The notes under the pieces were generated by a model. That model did no database searches, was not told the origin of the DNA, and worked only from the letters and a program-made list of their open reading frames with translations. Position numbers and translations under genes: made by a program. A stretch of 62,819 nucleotides of DNA, filler included. It is 9 parts of 9 records of this genome, joined end to end, with 100 filler letters (N's around TTAATTAATTAA, not from the genome) between each part and the next. Parts side by side here need not be neighbours in the genome. Positions count along the whole stretch, not along the records: positions 55,258 to 62,819 come from SRR31147125_19891; 8 more parts are not named here. One strand, written 5' to 3'. Positions 60,992 to 62,819 of this stretch are shown piece after piece (positions within the stretch are counted from its first letter, which is position 1; every line of letters starts with the position of its first letter).

Positions 60992-62441
60992 CTAAAGTTT
61001 GAGCAGCTGGTATATTTTATCCATATCAAGAGCCTGACGTGTTGTTTCAGCCAGTCTGTTGAAAGCTGGTTCGAGATCATAGTTGTAACGTATTTTAGTA
61101 TTTATTGGATTACCACGGGACTTGTGTATCGTATTTATAAAATACCTTCTGAATTCATCAGCATCAAATACTCCATGAATATATGTTCCCCATATCATTT
61201 CACTGCCAGCTCCGATAGGTTGATTGGCTGTTCCATGGAAGAGTGTGATACTCTCTGGCAGTACTGTCTCACCGTGATGAATTTCATATCCATGAACTGG
61301 ATGACCAGAAGTTTTGTGTACTGCTTCGGTTCTGGTGAGGTTTGTCCTTTGCCAGTATAGTATTTATCGGCAGTAGACCAAGTCCAGTAATTGAGCCACC
61401 TCCTTCGATATTATGCGGGTCACTCACTGACTTACCAAGAATCTGAAAACCTCCGCATATACCACAGATTATAGTCATATCAGCCAACGCTGTTATTCTT
61501 TCAGCAAGCTTGCTCTCCTGAAGAAATTTCAGGTCACCGATAACATTTTTAGAACCAGGGAGGAGAATGCAGTCAGGCTTGCCAAGTTCAGCAACATTCC
61601 GTACTATTCTTAGGCTGACATCCGGTTCATTAGCTAGAGCATCAAAATCCGTGAAATTAGACACATGAGGGAAGGCTATCAGAGCAAAGTCGAGCGTCTG
61701 CTCGTCTTTATTCTCTCTCTGTGAAAAGGTATCATTGAATGAGACCGAGTCCTCTTCAGGCAGACCGAGATCCTTGATATATGGGATGACTCCAAGTATT
61801 TCTCGACCAGTAAAATCTCTGACATAATCATGAGCCGGCTGGAGAAGTCGGGCATCTCCTCGGAAACGGTTTACCAGAAATCCTTTTACCTGCTGGCGCT
61901 CCCACTCTTCAAAAGTCTCATACATTCCTATAAACGAAGCATAAACTCCACCTCTATCGATATCGCCGACAAGGAGTGATGGTGCATGAGCATACTCAGC
62001 CATTCTAGTGTTGACAATATCATGTTTTTTCAGGTTTATCTCACCAGGGCTGCCCGCACCTTCAAGAATAATTGCCTCATGCTCACTTGCTAGTGAGTCA
62101 TATGCTTCCTTTGCTGCATTAAATGCTTTTTCTTTATATTTGATGTATTCATAAACCCGCATATTCCCGACAGGCTTACCCATAACGATTACCTGCGAAC
62201 CAGTGTCTGTATTGGGTTTGAGTAGAATAGGGTTCATTCTGACATCAGCCTCCAGACAGGATGCCTGCGCCTGTACTGCCTGAGCTCGCCCCATCTCCAG
62301 ACCGTCAAGGGTGACATAGGAATTGAGAGCCATATTCTGAGATTTATAAGGTGCAACATTGACTCCATCCTGCAGCAGAATTCTGCATAATGCGGCAGCA
62401 ATAATACTCTTACCAGCATTTGAACTGCTTCCGAGTATCAT
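60992..62441 (-). CDS. cobQ: Cobyric acid synthase (frameshifted near the C-terminus)
   Basis: GSSSNAGKS, YKSQNMALNS, EGAGSP, GICGGFQILG, GTYIHG. Confidence 0.92.
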
Positions 62442-62819
62442 CAGGGATGGTGTTTTTTTCTTTTTAGAGTCTTGTACTCCTTTGCTGGAGTCAGAATTTT
62501 GTGTAAGTTGGAGATGAGCAGGGTGTTTTCCCGTGTGTTTCTTATCGCTACCCTGAAATATGATTTATCAAGATACATAAAATCACTGCAGGTGCGTATT
62601 GCCAGACCTTCTTTAATCAACTCAGAGAATAACTCACTCGATGTTATATCTCCGCTCAGCCTGCATAAGATAAAGTTTGCTGCTGCCGGATAGACCGTCA
62701 GGTTGGCGATTGTCCCGAGCTGGAGGGTTAATTCTGCTTTATACTCTGCAAGTTTCTCCTGTGACTCTGCAAGGAAGGCAGCATCTCTGAGAGCCCTGAC
62801 GCCTATCTGCTGCGCGAGA
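62441..62819 (-). CDS. cobD: C-terminal part of threonine-phosphate decarboxylase (PLP aminotransferase), probably fused to CobQ
   Basis: YPAAANFIL, GLAIRTCSDF, YFRVAIR; ends KRKKHHP at an A7 run. Confidence 0.7.
   Translation of the reverse strand, partial: LAQQIGVRALRDAAFLAESQEKLAEYKAELTLQLGTIANLTVYPAAANFILCRLSGDITSSELFSELIKEGLAIRTCSDFMYLDKSYFRVAIRNTRENTLLISNLHKILTPAKEYKTLKRKKHHP

Noticed and set aside
4330-62459. Multiple frameshifts (blaI-like, lapB, primase, 39200, tatC, larE, cobQ) as programmed frameshifting, phase variation or genome decay
   Set aside because: Most are 1-nt indels in homopolymers, found across unrelated contigs and in housekeeping genes such as tatC, which points to long-read or assembly error.

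Overview
The window is not one locus. It is nine unrelated contigs joined by artificial 100-nt linkers (N-run, TTAATTAATTAA, N-run); taxonomic labels are inferred from protein style only. (1) 1-6382, clostridial-like: ferritin-like protein, FAD oxidoreductase, BlaI/BlaR1-type pair, MFS transporter and REP-like hairpins. (2) 6483-11863, Bacteroidota: three GH144/glucoamylase-family genes plus an SGNH/beta-lactamase-fold fusion. (3) 11964-20019, Gram-negative: LapB-like, SPOR, M1 peptidase, ABC transporter and USP genes. (4) 20120-27917: a tRNA-Leu-targeting integrative element with integrase, Xis-like gene, P4-type primase-helicase, an iteron-like array, an AT-rich cargo gene and a strikingly lambda-like cos site, i.e. 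a PICI-like phage satellite. (5) 28018-35144, Mollicutes/Firmicutes-like: sufCDSUB, a protease pair and a PucR-type regulator with a sugar ABC ATPase. (6) 35245-40271, clostridial: MutS2-like gene and gene remnants. (7) 40372-48478: yqgF, a receiver/PopZ-like protein, rluD, a PEGA protein, suhB, an EF-G paralogue and pgpA. (8) 48579-55157, Bacteroidota: housekeeping genes and a hybrid kinase. (9) 55258-62819, PVC-like: a stand-alone transposase-derived Zn-ribbon/HTH gene, a thioredoxin-pseudocaspase fusion, tatC, larE-like and cobD-cobQ. Many genes are split by single-base indels in homopolymers, which are probably sequencing errors. The best candidate for a novel system is the cos-carrying satellite and its cargo in contig 4.
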